Below are positions 37,957-48,319 of a DNA stretch of 64,000 nucleotides, one piece after another. The stretch comes from a bacterium (GTDB lineage Bacteria; Electryoneota; Electryoneia; Electryoneales; Electryoneaceae). The notes under the pieces are model-generated. The model saw nothing but the letters and a program-made list of their open reading frames with translations. It was not told the DNA's origin and did not search any database. Position 1 is the stretch's first letter; each line of letters begins with the position of its first letter. Location of the stretch: positions 32,001-96,000 of the forward strand of contig JAZDLX010000007.1 of NCBI GenBank assembly GCA_043801585.1. The letters run 5' to 3'. The translations under genes were made by a program, and so were the position numbers.

Positions 37957-38775
37957 ATGTCGCACTTTGATCCTCTTGCTTCGGTGCACGCAGGCGCGAA
38001 ACTGGGCAAGGATGTGACCGTCGGACCCTTCGCCGTCATCGAAGAGGGCGCCGAAATTGGTGACGGCTGCGTGATCGGGCCGCACGTCTTGGTTACGAGA
38101 TGGGCGAGATTGGGGAAGGAAGTGAAGCTCGCGAAAGGTGTCGTTGTCGGCACCGATCCCCAGGACCTGAAATTCGCCGGTGAGGAGACGACGGCTCATG
38201 TAGGAGACAGAACGGTCATCCGTGAATTCGTCACTGTCAACCGTGGAACCACGTACCATATGAAAACGGTTGTCGGCGCCGACTGCCTGTTGCTGGCGTA
38301 CAGCCATATCGCGCATGACTGTATCATCGGCGACCATGTCATCCTCGATAACGCTGTACAGCTTGCCGGACATGTTGAGATCGGCGATTGGGTGATTATT
38401 GGTGGTCTCAGCGGTGTGCAGCAGTTCGTCCACATCGGCGCTCACGCCTTTATCGGCGGGAAATGTGGTGTCAGAAAGGATGTTCCGCCCTTCATCAAAG
38501 CGGCGGGTGAACCATTGGTTTTCGCCGGGACAAACAACATCGGCCTGGCGCGGCGGGGATTTGACAAGGAGCGGATTACCGCCATCCAGCAGGCGTACAG
38601 AACTCTCTACCGCAGTGGTCTGCTGTTCAAGGATGCCGTCGAGAAGTTGAAGAGTGATGCCTCCACTCCCGATGTGGAGGAGATCATCCGGTTCATCGAA
38701 AATCGAAGCAAACATGGTGTGATTGGCGGTCAGAGAAACCGCAGGAGTTTTGAGCAGAATCCTGACGAGGAGTAG
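37957..38775 (+). CDS. lpxA: UDP-N-acetylglucosamine O-acyltransferase
   Basis: Hexapeptide repeats, PQDLKF, REFVTVNRGT, HIAHDC, LAGHV, DVPPF, GLARRGF. Confidence 0.96.
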   Translation: MSHFDPLASVHAGAKLGKDVTVGPFAVIEEGAEIGDGCVIGPHVLVTRWARLGKEVKLAKGVVVGTDPQDLKFAGEETTAHVGDRTVIREFVTVNRGTTYHMKTVVGADCLLLAYSHIAHDCIIGDHVILDNAVQLAGHVEIGDWVIIGGLSGVQQFVHIGAHAFIGGKCGVRKDVPPFIKAAGEPLVFAGTNNIGLARRGFDKERITAIQQAYRTLYRSGLLFKDAVEKLKSDASTPDVEEIIRFIENRSKHGVIGGQRNRRSFEQNPDEE

Positions 38776-38979
38776 GGAATGAAGGGATCACAGCACTTCA
38801 TTCCGATTGTTCAGAAAAGGAAACAAGACCGCGCAGGTCGGAATGGAGCACATTTTCCCCTTCATTCCGGCAATTGATCAAGATCACAGATTTTGGTGTT
38901 TCGATCTTTGATATTGAAGAAAAAGGGGCTGTAGCCAGGCCGTTCCTTTCACCTGTAGCAAGATGCCATGGAGGCGAAC

Positions 38980-39690
38980 ATGAGAGTTGGCAAACTCTTT
39001 TTTGCCGTTGTTGCATTTCTCCTCATCGCACCGACAGCATGGGCACTACCCGGAATTCAACTCGGAGTGCATGGAAACTACCAGAACACGGTGATCTCGG
39101 AGCAGGTCCAGGAATTCAGTTTCCCGAATGATCCGGGCACATGGTCCAAGACAACTTTGACCCGGACGGAAATCGGCAATCCAATCGGCGCCGGTGTGGA
39201 TCTTACCTTCACCTTCATTCCGGTCATCGATCTGCAGATCGCTGCGGACATGATGATCCAGACCTATGATTTCGTTTATACGCCCCCGCCTCCGGAGATC
39301 TCAGGCCAGTCCCCAATCAGCCAGTCGAGCATCCCCTACGGCCGTCTTGGGGTGGATGTTTCTATCATCAAGAATCTTGTCAGTTTGCCTCCGGCGGTCC
39401 ATGTGCTCAATCTGTACGTGGGCATCGGTCCGAGCGTCGCTTTTATCGCGCCAATCGCCAGCCAGCAACTGATCCTCGACAACATCGCCACTGCCAGCGA
39501 AGAGCCGGATATCGAAGGCTATGCGAAAGAGCAGGGGATGAAGATCGGTTTCCACGCTGTTGTTGGTATGACGCTGAAAGTGCCGATCATCCCCGGCATT
39601 CGAGTCCAGGCGAAATACATGAGTTTCGGAGATGTCACCGAACCGGATAAGAGCAGTTTCATCGTCCTCCAGGCTGGACTGTTCATCTGA
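38980..39690 (+). CDS. Putative small outer-membrane beta-barrel protein
   Basis: Signal peptide (AWA), alternating hydrophobic strands (LYVGIGPS, GFHAVVG), terminal VLQAGLFI; GGAGG RBS. Confidence 0.65.
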   Translation: MRVGKLFFAVVAFLLIAPTAWALPGIQLGVHGNYQNTVISEQVQEFSFPNDPGTWSKTTLTRTEIGNPIGAGVDLTFTFIPVIDLQIAADMMIQTYDFVYTPPPPEISGQSPISQSSIPYGRLGVDVSIIKNLVSLPPAVHVLNLYVGIGPSVAFIAPIASQQLILDNIATASEEPDIEGYAKEQGMKIGFHAVVGMTLKVPIIPGIRVQAKYMSFGDVTEPDKSSFIVLQAGLFI

Positions 39691-40018
39691 TTGTAAAGAG
39701 TTGATATTCAAATCAATACGGTTGGATCTTAATACCAGTTTATTGATTTGGAGCGAAATCGGGTCGTTTGGCGGTCGTTGAGATCTGCCTTGCCTGGTTC
39801 TTCTCCTGAATACGATTTCTGGTTCGGAACTTCTTGGATTCAAAAGGAGTACATAGTCTGTCGGCATTCGATCGGAGCCGGCCTGTAGGTTTCAGGTCGG
39901 CTCGTTATCTCCTGTGCGGGGAGAAAACAGATTCCCGGGTCGTCATCGATTGATGTAGATTGACGATAGGGCTGTTTATTCAATCATTTGAGCCGAAAAA
40001 CAACTGCTACGGGTCGTT

Positions 40019-41089
40019 ATGCTACTGACCGGTTTATCCTTTATCGTCGTCCTTGGTGTCGTGGTCTTCGTCCATGAATTCGGGCATTTTATCGCGGCTC
40101 GCCTGATGGGTGCGCGTGTTGAAGCGTTTTCCATCGGATTTGGCAAACTGTTTGGCGTGCGCCGGGGCGAAACGGAATACCGGATCGGGTACATCCCTCT
40201 CGGCGGGTATGTCAAGATCTCGGGGATGGTGGATGAATTCATGGAGGGGGATGCCGGTGTGAAAGGCGAACCCTGGGAATTCCAATCCAAAAGCACACTG
40301 GCGAAGGTGTTCATGATTACGGCCGGGGTGCTGATGAATTTCATCGCCGGTTTTCTGCTTTACAGTCTTGTCATCTTCTCGGAGGGTGAACCGCGGATTC
40401 TGCCGACTCCCACGGTGGGTAACGTCGCCAAGGGGTATCCCGCCGAAGAGATTGGCCTGCAACCCGGTGACCGGATCCTCAGTGTGGACGGCATCGCAAC
40501 CGGGGAATGGGAGCCCTTTCGCGACTACGTACAGGCACGTCCGGAGCAGACGATCCAGTTGGTCTGGCTTCACGGTGGAGACACCCTTTCCACTGCCGTT
40601 GTGCCGAAAGGTGTCGAGGTCGACCGTGACGGTGAGAAAACCACCATCGGCCTGATCGGAATCGATCAGGCGTACGAGCACGTGCCGGTTGGGATTGGCC
40701 GGTCACTGGTCGTTGGCGGCGAAACCACCTGGGATATCATCTCGCTCAGCCTGAAATCCGTGGGCATGCTGATCACTGGAAAGGCATCCGTAAAGGATCT
40801 GACCGGGCCGGCGGGGATTATCTACCTCTCGGGTGAGACCGTTCGTGCGGGATGGGTCACCTTTATCGCTTTCATCGCGCTGATCAACATCAGCATCGGA
40901 CTGCTGAACATCCTTCCGTTTCCCGTTCTCGACGGTGGACATCTGGTCTACATCCTGATTGAGGCGATCATCCGCCGTCCGATTTCGACAAAAGTCAAAC
41001 TGGCTTTGCAGCAGGTGGGTCTCGCGTTGCTGCTGGTCCTTGTGGTGGTCGTTACCTATCATGACATACTTCGCTTCTTTGTCTCGTAA
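40019..41089 (+). CDS. rseP: RIP metalloprotease RseP
   Basis: HEFGH, FSIGFG, IPLGGYVK, one PDZ domain, NILPFPVLDGG. Confidence 0.96.
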   Translation: MLLTGLSFIVVLGVVVFVHEFGHFIAARLMGARVEAFSIGFGKLFGVRRGETEYRIGYIPLGGYVKISGMVDEFMEGDAGVKGEPWEFQSKSTLAKVFMITAGVLMNFIAGFLLYSLVIFSEGEPRILPTPTVGNVAKGYPAEEIGLQPGDRILSVDGIATGEWEPFRDYVQARPEQTIQLVWLHGGDTLSTAVVPKGVEVDRDGEKTTIGLIGIDQAYEHVPVGIGRSLVVGGETTWDIISLSLKSVGMLITGKASVKDLTGPAGIIYLSGETVRAGWVTFIAFIALINISIGLLNILPFPVLDGGHLVYILIEAIIRRPISTKVKLALQQVGLALLLVLVVVVTYHDILRFFVS

Positions 41090-42467
41090 GGCGGTTGTTC
41101 CGGCGCTTTGCCTCGCGTTGCTTGTTGCGGGATGCGCCGGGACGAAAGATGTCCGGAAATCCGCCGCTGGAAAAACGTCCCGCGAATTCGCAGATCTGCC
41201 CCCGCGCGTGCTCGACAGGGTCATTTCAGGCTCTCTCTTCGAGAGCCAGGGCGACTACCTGCGCGCCTTGCACGAGTATTCGAACGCCCTCGCCTACGAC
41301 AGCAGCCAGGTCGAACTCTACGTCGCGATTGCGGAAATGCACCGGCAGTTGGGCGAGATGGACCTTGCCGAGAAAGTCCTCGATTCCGGTGTCAGTCGAT
41401 TGGGACCCCGCCCCGAACTGCTGCTGCCTCTGGGCCACATCCAGTACCAGAACTACGAGTTCGACCCGGCGCTGAAAACCTTCGAGCAGTACCTCTCCTT
41501 CGATTCCACGAACACCGAGGTCTGGGCGGTGCTCGCCGCGATTTACGAGCATGCGAAGCGTTATGAAGACGCTATCGCTGTTTATGAACGTCTCGAGACT
41601 CTGGAACCGGAGAGCCAGGAACTTCTGTTGAGCAGGGAAGGTTCGCTGTACACACGGATGGAACGGTATGACGACGCTCTCACGGTGTACAGGAAGCTTG
41701 AAGCGATTCGACCGGAAGCGCATCTCGTTCCGTTCATGATCGGCGGTCTGTACCTTGACAAGGGCGATACGGTCAAAGCCTACGATGCGTTCATGAACGC
41801 CACCCGTCTTGCTCCTGACGAACCGAGATACTGGGATCTGAGGATTCGGATCGCCGTCATTCTCGGAGACAGCAGCGCAGCTCTTACGGCTACGGATTCG
41901 GCGCTGGTTTTCAACCCGGACGAATTGCCTCTGCTGTCGCTGGCTTCCAATATCTACCTTCGGTACAGTCAAAACGACCGGGCAATCAGCGTTCTTGTAC
42001 ACGCTATTGAACTCGATTCCACGAACATCACCAACCTGGTCAACCTCGGTTATATCCTGCATGAGAACCAGGATTGGGACAAGGCGGAATCGGTGTACGG
42101 CCGGGCTCTTGCACTGGCGCCGGAAGACCCGCAAGTGCTTAACAACTTTGCCTACATGCTCGCCGTATCTGAACGCCATCTGCCGGATGCCCTGACCTAC
42201 ATTCAGCGTGCGCTCGAACTGCAACCCGAGAACGCATCGTACATCGACACCAAGGGGTGGATCCTGTTCAAGATGGGGAAGGCCCAGGAGGCTCTCGAGG
42301 TGCTGCAGAAAGCGGTGGACCTCGACGACAGCAATCCTGAAATCCTCGATCATCTCGGTGATGTGCACGCTGCCCTGGGTGACCGTGAGGCGGCGAAAAG
42401 GCTCTGGTCCGCTGCGCTCGAAAAAGGGGGCGATGCGGAACAGCTGCGGGAGAAACTGAATCCGTGA
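41061..42467 (+). CDS. TPR-repeat lipoprotein
   Basis: Lipobox VAG-C; many TPRs including LNNFAYMLA, YIDTKGWILFK, ILDHLGD. Confidence 0.88.
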   Translation: MTYFASLSRKAVVPALCLALLVAGCAGTKDVRKSAAGKTSREFADLPPRVLDRVISGSLFESQGDYLRALHEYSNALAYDSSQVELYVAIAEMHRQLGEMDLAEKVLDSGVSRLGPRPELLLPLGHIQYQNYEFDPALKTFEQYLSFDSTNTEVWAVLAAIYEHAKRYEDAIAVYERLETLEPESQELLLSREGSLYTRMERYDDALTVYRKLEAIRPEAHLVPFMIGGLYLDKGDTVKAYDAFMNATRLAPDEPRYWDLRIRIAVILGDSSAALTATDSALVFNPDELPLLSLASNIYLRYSQNDRAISVLVHAIELDSTNITNLVNLGYILHENQDWDKAESVYGRALALAPEDPQVLNNFAYMLAVSERHLPDALTYIQRALELQPENASYIDTKGWILFKMGKAQEALEVLQKAVDLDDSNPEILDHLGDVHAALGDREAAKRLWSAALEKGGDAEQLREKLNP

Positions 42468-43246
42468 CACCCACCGCGCTCCCCTCACGATTGCACCTGG
42501 CCGCCGTTTTTGGTCTTACACTCCTGCTCGCGGGGTGCGGTGTCATCCGAAAGGGGGAGGCGCCTCCCCCGTCCCCGCATGCTGCCCGGGCGATGCTCGA
42601 GGAACATTTCAAGAACATTCACAGGTTTGAGGGGGTGTTCTTCCTTAACGTTGAATCGCCTCAGTACAACCTGGCGTTAAAAGGGACCTGCCGTCTCGAA
42701 CATCCTGATCGTCTCCAGGGCCGTCTGCTGGGGCCTTTCGGGATCCGGCTCGGTGAATTCGTGTTTAACGGCGGCGCTTTCCAGGTTCGCATGGCGAACG
42801 GGCGGGTGATGGACGGTGATGTCGGCGATCTTGACGTACCCGGGCTGACAGGCCTGGAACTGCCCACGGATGATGTGCTGAGTCTCTTCGATCCGACCGC
42901 AAAACCTCCCCGAACAGGGGCTCGGACTCTTGCGTTCAAGGTTGAAAAGGAAACCGGATTCTGGCTCTGGAGGGTTGACGATGGCACGCTTGTTCGAGAA
43001 ATTCAGCTTGATCCGGTGAAACGGGTTGTACGATTCGAACGGTGGATGACGAAGGACGATACCGTACTCCTTAACAAGGAGTATGATCAGTTTGAACAAA
43101 CCTCCGGAATGCTGGTTGCCCACCGCCTGGTTCTCGAGTCGCGGACTGTGCAACCAGTGAAAGCGGAGTTGGTGTATGAATCATTGCGTCTCGATCCTGA
43201 TTGGAAAGATGATCCATTCAGCCTGATGGAGCCCGTATCGCGATGA
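42464..43246 (+). CDS. Lipoprotein, LolB/DUF4292-like fold (tentative)
   Basis: Lipobox LAG-C, GPFGI motif, beta-rich; follows the TPR lipoprotein. Confidence 0.6.
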   Translation: MTPTALPSRLHLAAVFGLTLLLAGCGVIRKGEAPPPSPHAARAMLEEHFKNIHRFEGVFFLNVESPQYNLALKGTCRLEHPDRLQGRLLGPFGIRLGEFVFNGGAFQVRMANGRVMDGDVGDLDVPGLTGLELPTDDVLSLFDPTAKPPRTGARTLAFKVEKETGFWLWRVDDGTLVREIQLDPVKRVVRFERWMTKDDTVLLNKEYDQFEQTSGMLVAHRLVLESRTVQPVKAELVYESLRLDPDWKDDPFSLMEPVSR

Positions 43247-44193
43247 AGAACAGACCCCGCATTACCGTGCTGATTCCGCTTTTCAATGAAGAGGAATCGC
43301 TGCCCCATCTGAAAACAGCGATTGACGAAGTTCTGGACCGCGAAAAGATCAAGGCGGAACTTCTCTTCGTCGACGATGGCAGCACGGACAGATCCGCGGA
43401 AATCCTCGCAGGATTCGCTCAGGCCGACAAACGGGTTAACGTGATCCATTTCCGCAGAAACCGGGGAAAATCCGCCGCCCTGGAATCCGGTTTCCGCATA
43501 GCCCGCGGGGACTATGTCATCACCATGGACGCGGACTTGCAGGACGATCCGAAGGAAATTCCAAACCTGATCGGTGAGTTGGAAGAAGGTTTCGACATGG
43601 TCAGCGGTTGGAAACGGAAACGTCACGACCCGATCACGAAAACCCTGCCGAGCAAATTTTTCAACCTCGTTGCCCGGTTGACAAGCGGCATTCGCCTGCA
43701 TGACTTCAATTGCGGGCTGAAAATCTACCGGCGGGAAGTGCTCGATTCGATCGAGCTTTACGGCGAACTGCACCGATTCATTCCCATTCTCGTGGGGAGC
43801 CAGGGGTGGCGGATCGGAGAGTTGGCGGTTCAGCACCATGTGCGGAGATGGGGACGGACCAAGTTCGGTATCTCACGGTTTCTCTATGGTTTTCTCGACC
43901 TGCTGACGGTTCTCTTCATCACCCGGTTCGCGATCCGGCCGATGCATCTCTTCGGGGGGATCGGGGTGTTGACAAGCCTGGTTGGTTTCGCGATCCTCCT
44001 CTATCTGAGTATCATGTGGTTCATGGGACAGGGGATCGGCAACCGTCCGCTGTTCTTCCTCGGAATCCTGCTGATGATCGTCGGCATGCAGTCGTTCTCC
44101 ATCGGGTTGATTGGCGAGATGATCACCCACCATTACGCGTCCCTGCGCCAATTCCGGAAGGGGAGCGGCGACGAGACCAAGGAAAAGTCATGA
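43243..44193 (+). CDS. GT2 polyprenol-phosphate glycosyltransferase (ArnC/GtrB-like)
   Basis: IPLFNEEE, VDDGSTD, RNRGKSAAL, MDADLQDDP, HDFNCGLK, HRFIP, two C-terminal TMs. Confidence 0.92.
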   Translation: MKNRPRITVLIPLFNEEESLPHLKTAIDEVLDREKIKAELLFVDDGSTDRSAEILAGFAQADKRVNVIHFRRNRGKSAALESGFRIARGDYVITMDADLQDDPKEIPNLIGELEEGFDMVSGWKRKRHDPITKTLPSKFFNLVARLTSGIRLHDFNCGLKIYRREVLDSIELYGELHRFIPILVGSQGWRIGELAVQHHVRRWGRTKFGISRFLYGFLDLLTVLFITRFAIRPMHLFGGIGVLTSLVGFAILLYLSIMWFMGQGIGNRPLFFLGILLMIVGMQSFSIGLIGEMITHHYASLRQFRKGSGDETKEKS

Positions 44194-45329
44194 TCGTTGG
44201 GTTGGTCGCTCCTCTGCCACCGTTGCGCGGCGGGATAACCCATTTCGATGTGCTGCTGCTCGAAGGTCTTCGCAACTCAGGCCATACCGTCGTGCCCATC
44301 AGTTATCGAAAGCTCTACCCCTCGTTTCTTTTTCCCGGCTCCTCACAGTACGACGAGGGCCAACCCCTGGCTCCGGATACTCTGCCGATTCTCGTGGCAT
44401 GGAATCCCATCACCTGGATGCGTGCACTGCGGGCGTTGAAGCGGGCGGGTGTGGAATCTCTGGTGTTGATTCACTGGCATCCATTCTTTGCGCTTTGCCT
44501 GAGGTTTCTTGCGACTCTCCGTCCCCGGAATGGAGTCGCCCTTTACGTCCACAACGCCATGCCCCACGAGAGTGCATGGATGGGGAGGCTGTTTAATCCT
44601 GTCCTGTACAGGGCGGTCGACAGGCTGTTTACGGGATCGGACACCGAAGCGGATGTGTTGCGAAGGATTGCGCCCTCCGTGCCGGTGCAGACGCTGCTCC
44701 ATCCGGTGCACGACCGCTTCCGCAACATCTTTTCTGAGATGTCACAGGATGAAGCGCGGTTGAAGTTGGGGATCACCGGAGACCGGCCCTGCCTGATGCA
44801 TCTCGGTCTCGTGCGCCGTTACAAAGGCGTCGATATTCTGCTCGAAGCGATTGGACGGCTGCCCCGGGGAAGGGTACGTTTGAGAATCGCCGGCGAGTTC
44901 TACGACGATAAAGCGGACTATGAACAATTGATTGACGGATTGGGCCTTCGGGACGAAGTGACGCTGATCGATCGGTATCTCAGTGATGAAGAGATGGCGC
45001 TTCACCTGATTGCGGCGGATGCCATAGTCCTCCCGTACCGAAACGCTACCCAGAGTGGCGTGGCGATGATCGCGCTTTCCATGGGGACGCCGGTGATCGC
45101 ATCGCGGGTCGGTCAACTCGCCCAGGTGATCGTCCGGCCGGAGTATGGCGAACTGGTCGAGCCTGAGAACGCACAGGCTCTCGCCGAAGCTGTCGAACGG
45201 TTTCTCCAACGTAAGAAACGGGGTGATCCGAAACTGCGTCAACGGATCCGTGACCTTGTCGAGGAGCAGTTCGGACACTGGGAACGCTTCGCGAACCGGA
45301 TGCTTACACCCCAGGGGGAAGAGGGATGA
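44190..45329 (+). CDS. GT4-family glycosyltransferase
   Basis: PPLRGGI, LYP.FLFPG, HNAMPHE, GLVRRYKG, LPYRNATQSGV; ATGA overlap. Confidence 0.9.
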   Translation: MIVGLVAPLPPLRGGITHFDVLLLEGLRNSGHTVVPISYRKLYPSFLFPGSSQYDEGQPLAPDTLPILVAWNPITWMRALRALKRAGVESLVLIHWHPFFALCLRFLATLRPRNGVALYVHNAMPHESAWMGRLFNPVLYRAVDRLFTGSDTEADVLRRIAPSVPVQTLLHPVHDRFRNIFSEMSQDEARLKLGITGDRPCLMHLGLVRRYKGVDILLEAIGRLPRGRVRLRIAGEFYDDKADYEQLIDGLGLRDEVTLIDRYLSDEEMALHLIAADAIVLPYRNATQSGVAMIALSMGTPVIASRVGQLAQVIVRPEYGELVEPENAQALAEAVERFLQRKKRGDPKLRQRIRDLVEEQFGHWERFANRMLTPQGEEG

Positions 45330-46387
45330 ACCTTCATCGGGATTGCCGCCATTTCCAGGGGGATCGACCTTGCAAACCCCACAAGGAATTCGGGGTTCAT
45401 TGTGACGGATGCGATCATTACGACAAGGTGAAGGAGCGGATACTCATCGTCAAACTCGGCGCTGCCGGTGATGTTATTCGCACCACACCCCTGTTGCGAC
45501 GGTTGCGTCAGGAATACCCCTCCGCGCACATCACATGGCTCAGCGATTTTCCCGAACTGCTTCCCTCGGCGGTGGATCGCCCTGTCAAGCTGAACGAGCG
45601 AACGCTGACCTGGCTGCGCACCCTCGAATTCGACCTTGCCTGCGTTCTCGACAAGGATCCCGAGGCGATTGCCCTGGCGGAACGTGTGAAAGCCGTACGG
45701 AAGGTCGGCTTCGGCATGGACGAATGGGGACATGCCCGGGCGTTGAATCCGGAGGCGGAGGACAAGATCGTCACCGGCATCTTCGATGATGTCAGCCGTG
45801 CGAACACGAAGAGCTACCCGCAGGAAATCCTGGAGCTCTGCGGTTTTGACTACCGTGGCGAACGATACATGCTGGAACGGAAAGTGCAGCGCGACTGGAA
45901 ACTCCCGAACAGGCATCCGCTCATCGGATTGAACACGGGGAGCGGAGGCCGCTGGATTTCTCGGATGTGGCCGGAAGAGCACTGGGCGCAGCTTGGAATT
46001 CGGCTTCAGAAGGCCGGCTGCGAGATCCTCTGGCTGGGAGGACTCCAGGAGGATGAGCGAAACCTCCGTCTCCTGAAACAGGCCGGCGGAACCTACGCTG
46101 GACATTTCAGCCTGGAGGAATTCGTGGACCTGATGGCTCATACCGACGTTGTGGTCACCCAGGTGACCATGGCGTTCCACATTGCCATCGGACTTGAGCG
46201 CAGAGTGGTGTTGATGAACAACATTTTCAACCCGAATGAATTTGAACTGTACGGACTCGGCCGGATTGTCGAACCGGACCCGCCCTGCGACTGCTATTAC
46301 ACCCCGGTGTGCCCGCACGACTCGATGAAAAACATCACACCGGCGATGGTCTTCGAAGCCGTCCAGGCGGAGTGCAAATCGCTTTGA
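45326..46387 (+). CDS. GT9-family (heptosyltransferase-like) glycosyltransferase with Cys-rich termini
   Basis: ILIVKLGAAGDVIRTTPLL, IGLNTGSG.RW..R.W, T.AFHIA. Confidence 0.85.
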   Translation: MNLHRDCRHFQGDRPCKPHKEFGVHCDGCDHYDKVKERILIVKLGAAGDVIRTTPLLRRLRQEYPSAHITWLSDFPELLPSAVDRPVKLNERTLTWLRTLEFDLACVLDKDPEAIALAERVKAVRKVGFGMDEWGHARALNPEAEDKIVTGIFDDVSRANTKSYPQEILELCGFDYRGERYMLERKVQRDWKLPNRHPLIGLNTGSGGRWISRMWPEEHWAQLGIRLQKAGCEILWLGGLQEDERNLRLLKQAGGTYAGHFSLEEFVDLMAHTDVVVTQVTMAFHIAIGLERRVVLMNNIFNPNEFELYGLGRIVEPDPPCDCYYTPVCPHDSMKNITPAMVFEAVQAECKSL

Positions 46388-46520
46388 TGGCCCGGGCTCA
46401 TGGGATCGTTGTCAAACGGCCCGAGGACAGTTTCTGAAAGCCTGATGAGTGACTCCTTGTCCAGGAGGGCTGCCCTGATTTAACCCGGTTTTTTCGCAAC
46501 GACACTGGAGCAGGCGCCTG

Positions 46521-47447
46521 ATGAAACGTGCCGCGTGGATTATGGTGAATCACAACGGGGGGGAGGAACTGCTCTCAACCATTGACTCGCTCTCCAGGGA
46601 TTTGTCCAGCGGCGACACCATCATCCTGGTCGACAATGGGAGCGAGGACGGTTCAGCCGTCAATGCGAAATCCCGGTATCAAAAAGTTCAGCTTCTCAAG
46701 AACGACAATAACCTGCCTTTTTCGGCGGCGACCAACCGTGGACTGGCCGCAGCCCTTGAACAGGGCTATTCCTGGATTGGAATCATCAACCCGGATGTGA
46801 GAATCTCGCCAGGGATGACGGAGGAGCTGATCCGCACCCTGGAGGCGGGGAAGGCGGAGCGGATCGGCGCTGTCAGTCCTGTGATGACGTTCAGAGGGAC
46901 GGAACGCATTTGGTTCGCCGGAGGAATGATTCTCTGGCCGCTGGAGTGGACTCAGCACCGTGGAATGGGAAAACACTTCGGGAATGCCTACCGTTATCGG
47001 GGAACGACGAGCTATCTTACCGGTTGTTGTTGGCTGTCCCCCGCGCAGGTCTGGCGCGATGTTGGACTGTTGGACGAAGACTACGTTTTTTATGCGGAAG
47101 ACGCGGATTGGTCCATCCGGGCACGCAAAGCCGAATGGCGACTTTATGTTCAATCGAACACGCTGCTTGAGCATAACGTCTCCTCGTCCACAGGGGGGAA
47201 ATATTCGCCGGTCAAGATGTTCTACCGTACAGTCATGGGACGCAGGTTTTTCTCTCGCCATACGCCTCCATCTGTTCGGCCGCTGCAATGGATCGGCGCA
47301 CCGTTGATGCATTTTGTTTATTCAGCGTACCTGATCTTGACTGGAAACACGCGTGCGCTGAAAATCTATCATCAGGCGTTGAAGATAAAACCCACGGAGC
47401 TTGTGAAGTGGCCACCTTCCCGGGAACAGATCATCAGCTCGTCCTGA
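46521..47447 (+). CDS. GT2-family glycosyltransferase (WbbL/rhamnosyltransferase-like)
   Basis: VNHNG, VDNGSEDGS, INPD, TGCCWL, VGLLDEDY.FYAEDADW. Confidence 0.88.
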   Translation: MKRAAWIMVNHNGGEELLSTIDSLSRDLSSGDTIILVDNGSEDGSAVNAKSRYQKVQLLKNDNNLPFSAATNRGLAAALEQGYSWIGIINPDVRISPGMTEELIRTLEAGKAERIGAVSPVMTFRGTERIWFAGGMILWPLEWTQHRGMGKHFGNAYRYRGTTSYLTGCCWLSPAQVWRDVGLLDEDYVFYAEDADWSIRARKAEWRLYVQSNTLLEHNVSSSTGGKYSPVKMFYRTVMGRRFFSRHTPPSVRPLQWIGAPLMHFVYSAYLILTGNTRALKIYHQALKIKPTELVKWPPSREQIISSS

Positions 47448-47470
47448 ACGCCCGTCGCTGGTCAGGAGGG

Positions 47471-48319
47471 ATGGCGAAAGGGTGGTTGCTGCCCTGGCTG
47501 TTGCTGCTGATGGTCGTTCTCAGCGCGGTCTTCGAGTGGTATGAATCGCCGGTGGAGAGAGCCTTCGGCGATTTCATGGTGTGGTCACGGCCCGTTCGCC
47601 CGGAAGCAGGCCGCGCATGGGAATTGAACCAGCAGGGCGCGGATGCCATGAAGACTCTGGGCGCATTGTCCCAGACATCCCGGCTCAGGCAGGCTGCGGG
47701 TGGCTCCCTGACACGCTGGAGCATGGTCCCGGCGATGATGGACTCCTTCGATGTCTTCTCGATATCACCCCAACGGTTTATCGATCTCTACGACCAGCTT
47801 CCGCCCGCTCTTCAATCCATGGTGATCAAACCGATCGAATTGGTGCGGGTGCGCACGGCTGGCACCTGGCAACGGGTTTTCTTCGTCCGTGAAGGGGATC
47901 GGCGGATGCTGTACTTCGTCGATCCGTACAACGTCGTTCTCTACCAGGTGAAACTCCTGGACTCCTTTTTCGAACGGTATAACCGTTTCTCCCGCCCCGT
48001 GGAGGGGTATCTCGACCAGATCGGCCAGTATTCGATCATCGCCCCCTCGGAATCCTTTTTCCAGGTTCTCGCACCTGCGGGCAAGGTGGAGCTGAGTCCC
48101 AATGAACTTCGATGGATTGCCTCCCTCGAAGGCCGTCTCGCAAGTGTCGGACTCGTTGCCACTGCCACGGACCACCTCTGGGAAATCGGTTTCGAGGTAG
48201 AGCGTGAGGGGCGTGTACTCGTTTACCGATACTGGATCAGCAAGGCTGAGGGGGAAGCCCTGACCTCCGGTCTCGCGGGCTTCAAGCGTTCTCCACAATC
48301 CGGGAGGACGCCACAATGA
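47471..48319 (+). CDS. Membrane-anchored hypothetical protein
   Basis: AGGAGG RBS, N-terminal TM, ATGA overlap with the PBP gene. Confidence 0.7.
   Translation: MAKGWLLPWLLLLMVVLSAVFEWYESPVERAFGDFMVWSRPVRPEAGRAWELNQQGADAMKTLGALSQTSRLRQAAGGSLTRWSMVPAMMDSFDVFSISPQRFIDLYDQLPPALQSMVIKPIELVRVRTAGTWQRVFFVREGDRRMLYFVDPYNVVLYQVKLLDSFFERYNRFSRPVEGYLDQIGQYSIIAPSESFFQVLAPAGKVELSPNELRWIASLEGRLASVGLVATATDHLWEIGFEVEREGRVLVYRYWISKAEGEALTSGLAGFKRSPQSGRTPQ

Noticed and set aside
43710..44189. Long N-terminal extensions in the ORF track (GT4 here; likewise ProDH, glmU-like, bamA, skp, NTase)
   Set aside because: They overlap upstream genes or promoters; downstream starts with an RBS or stop/start overlap fit better.
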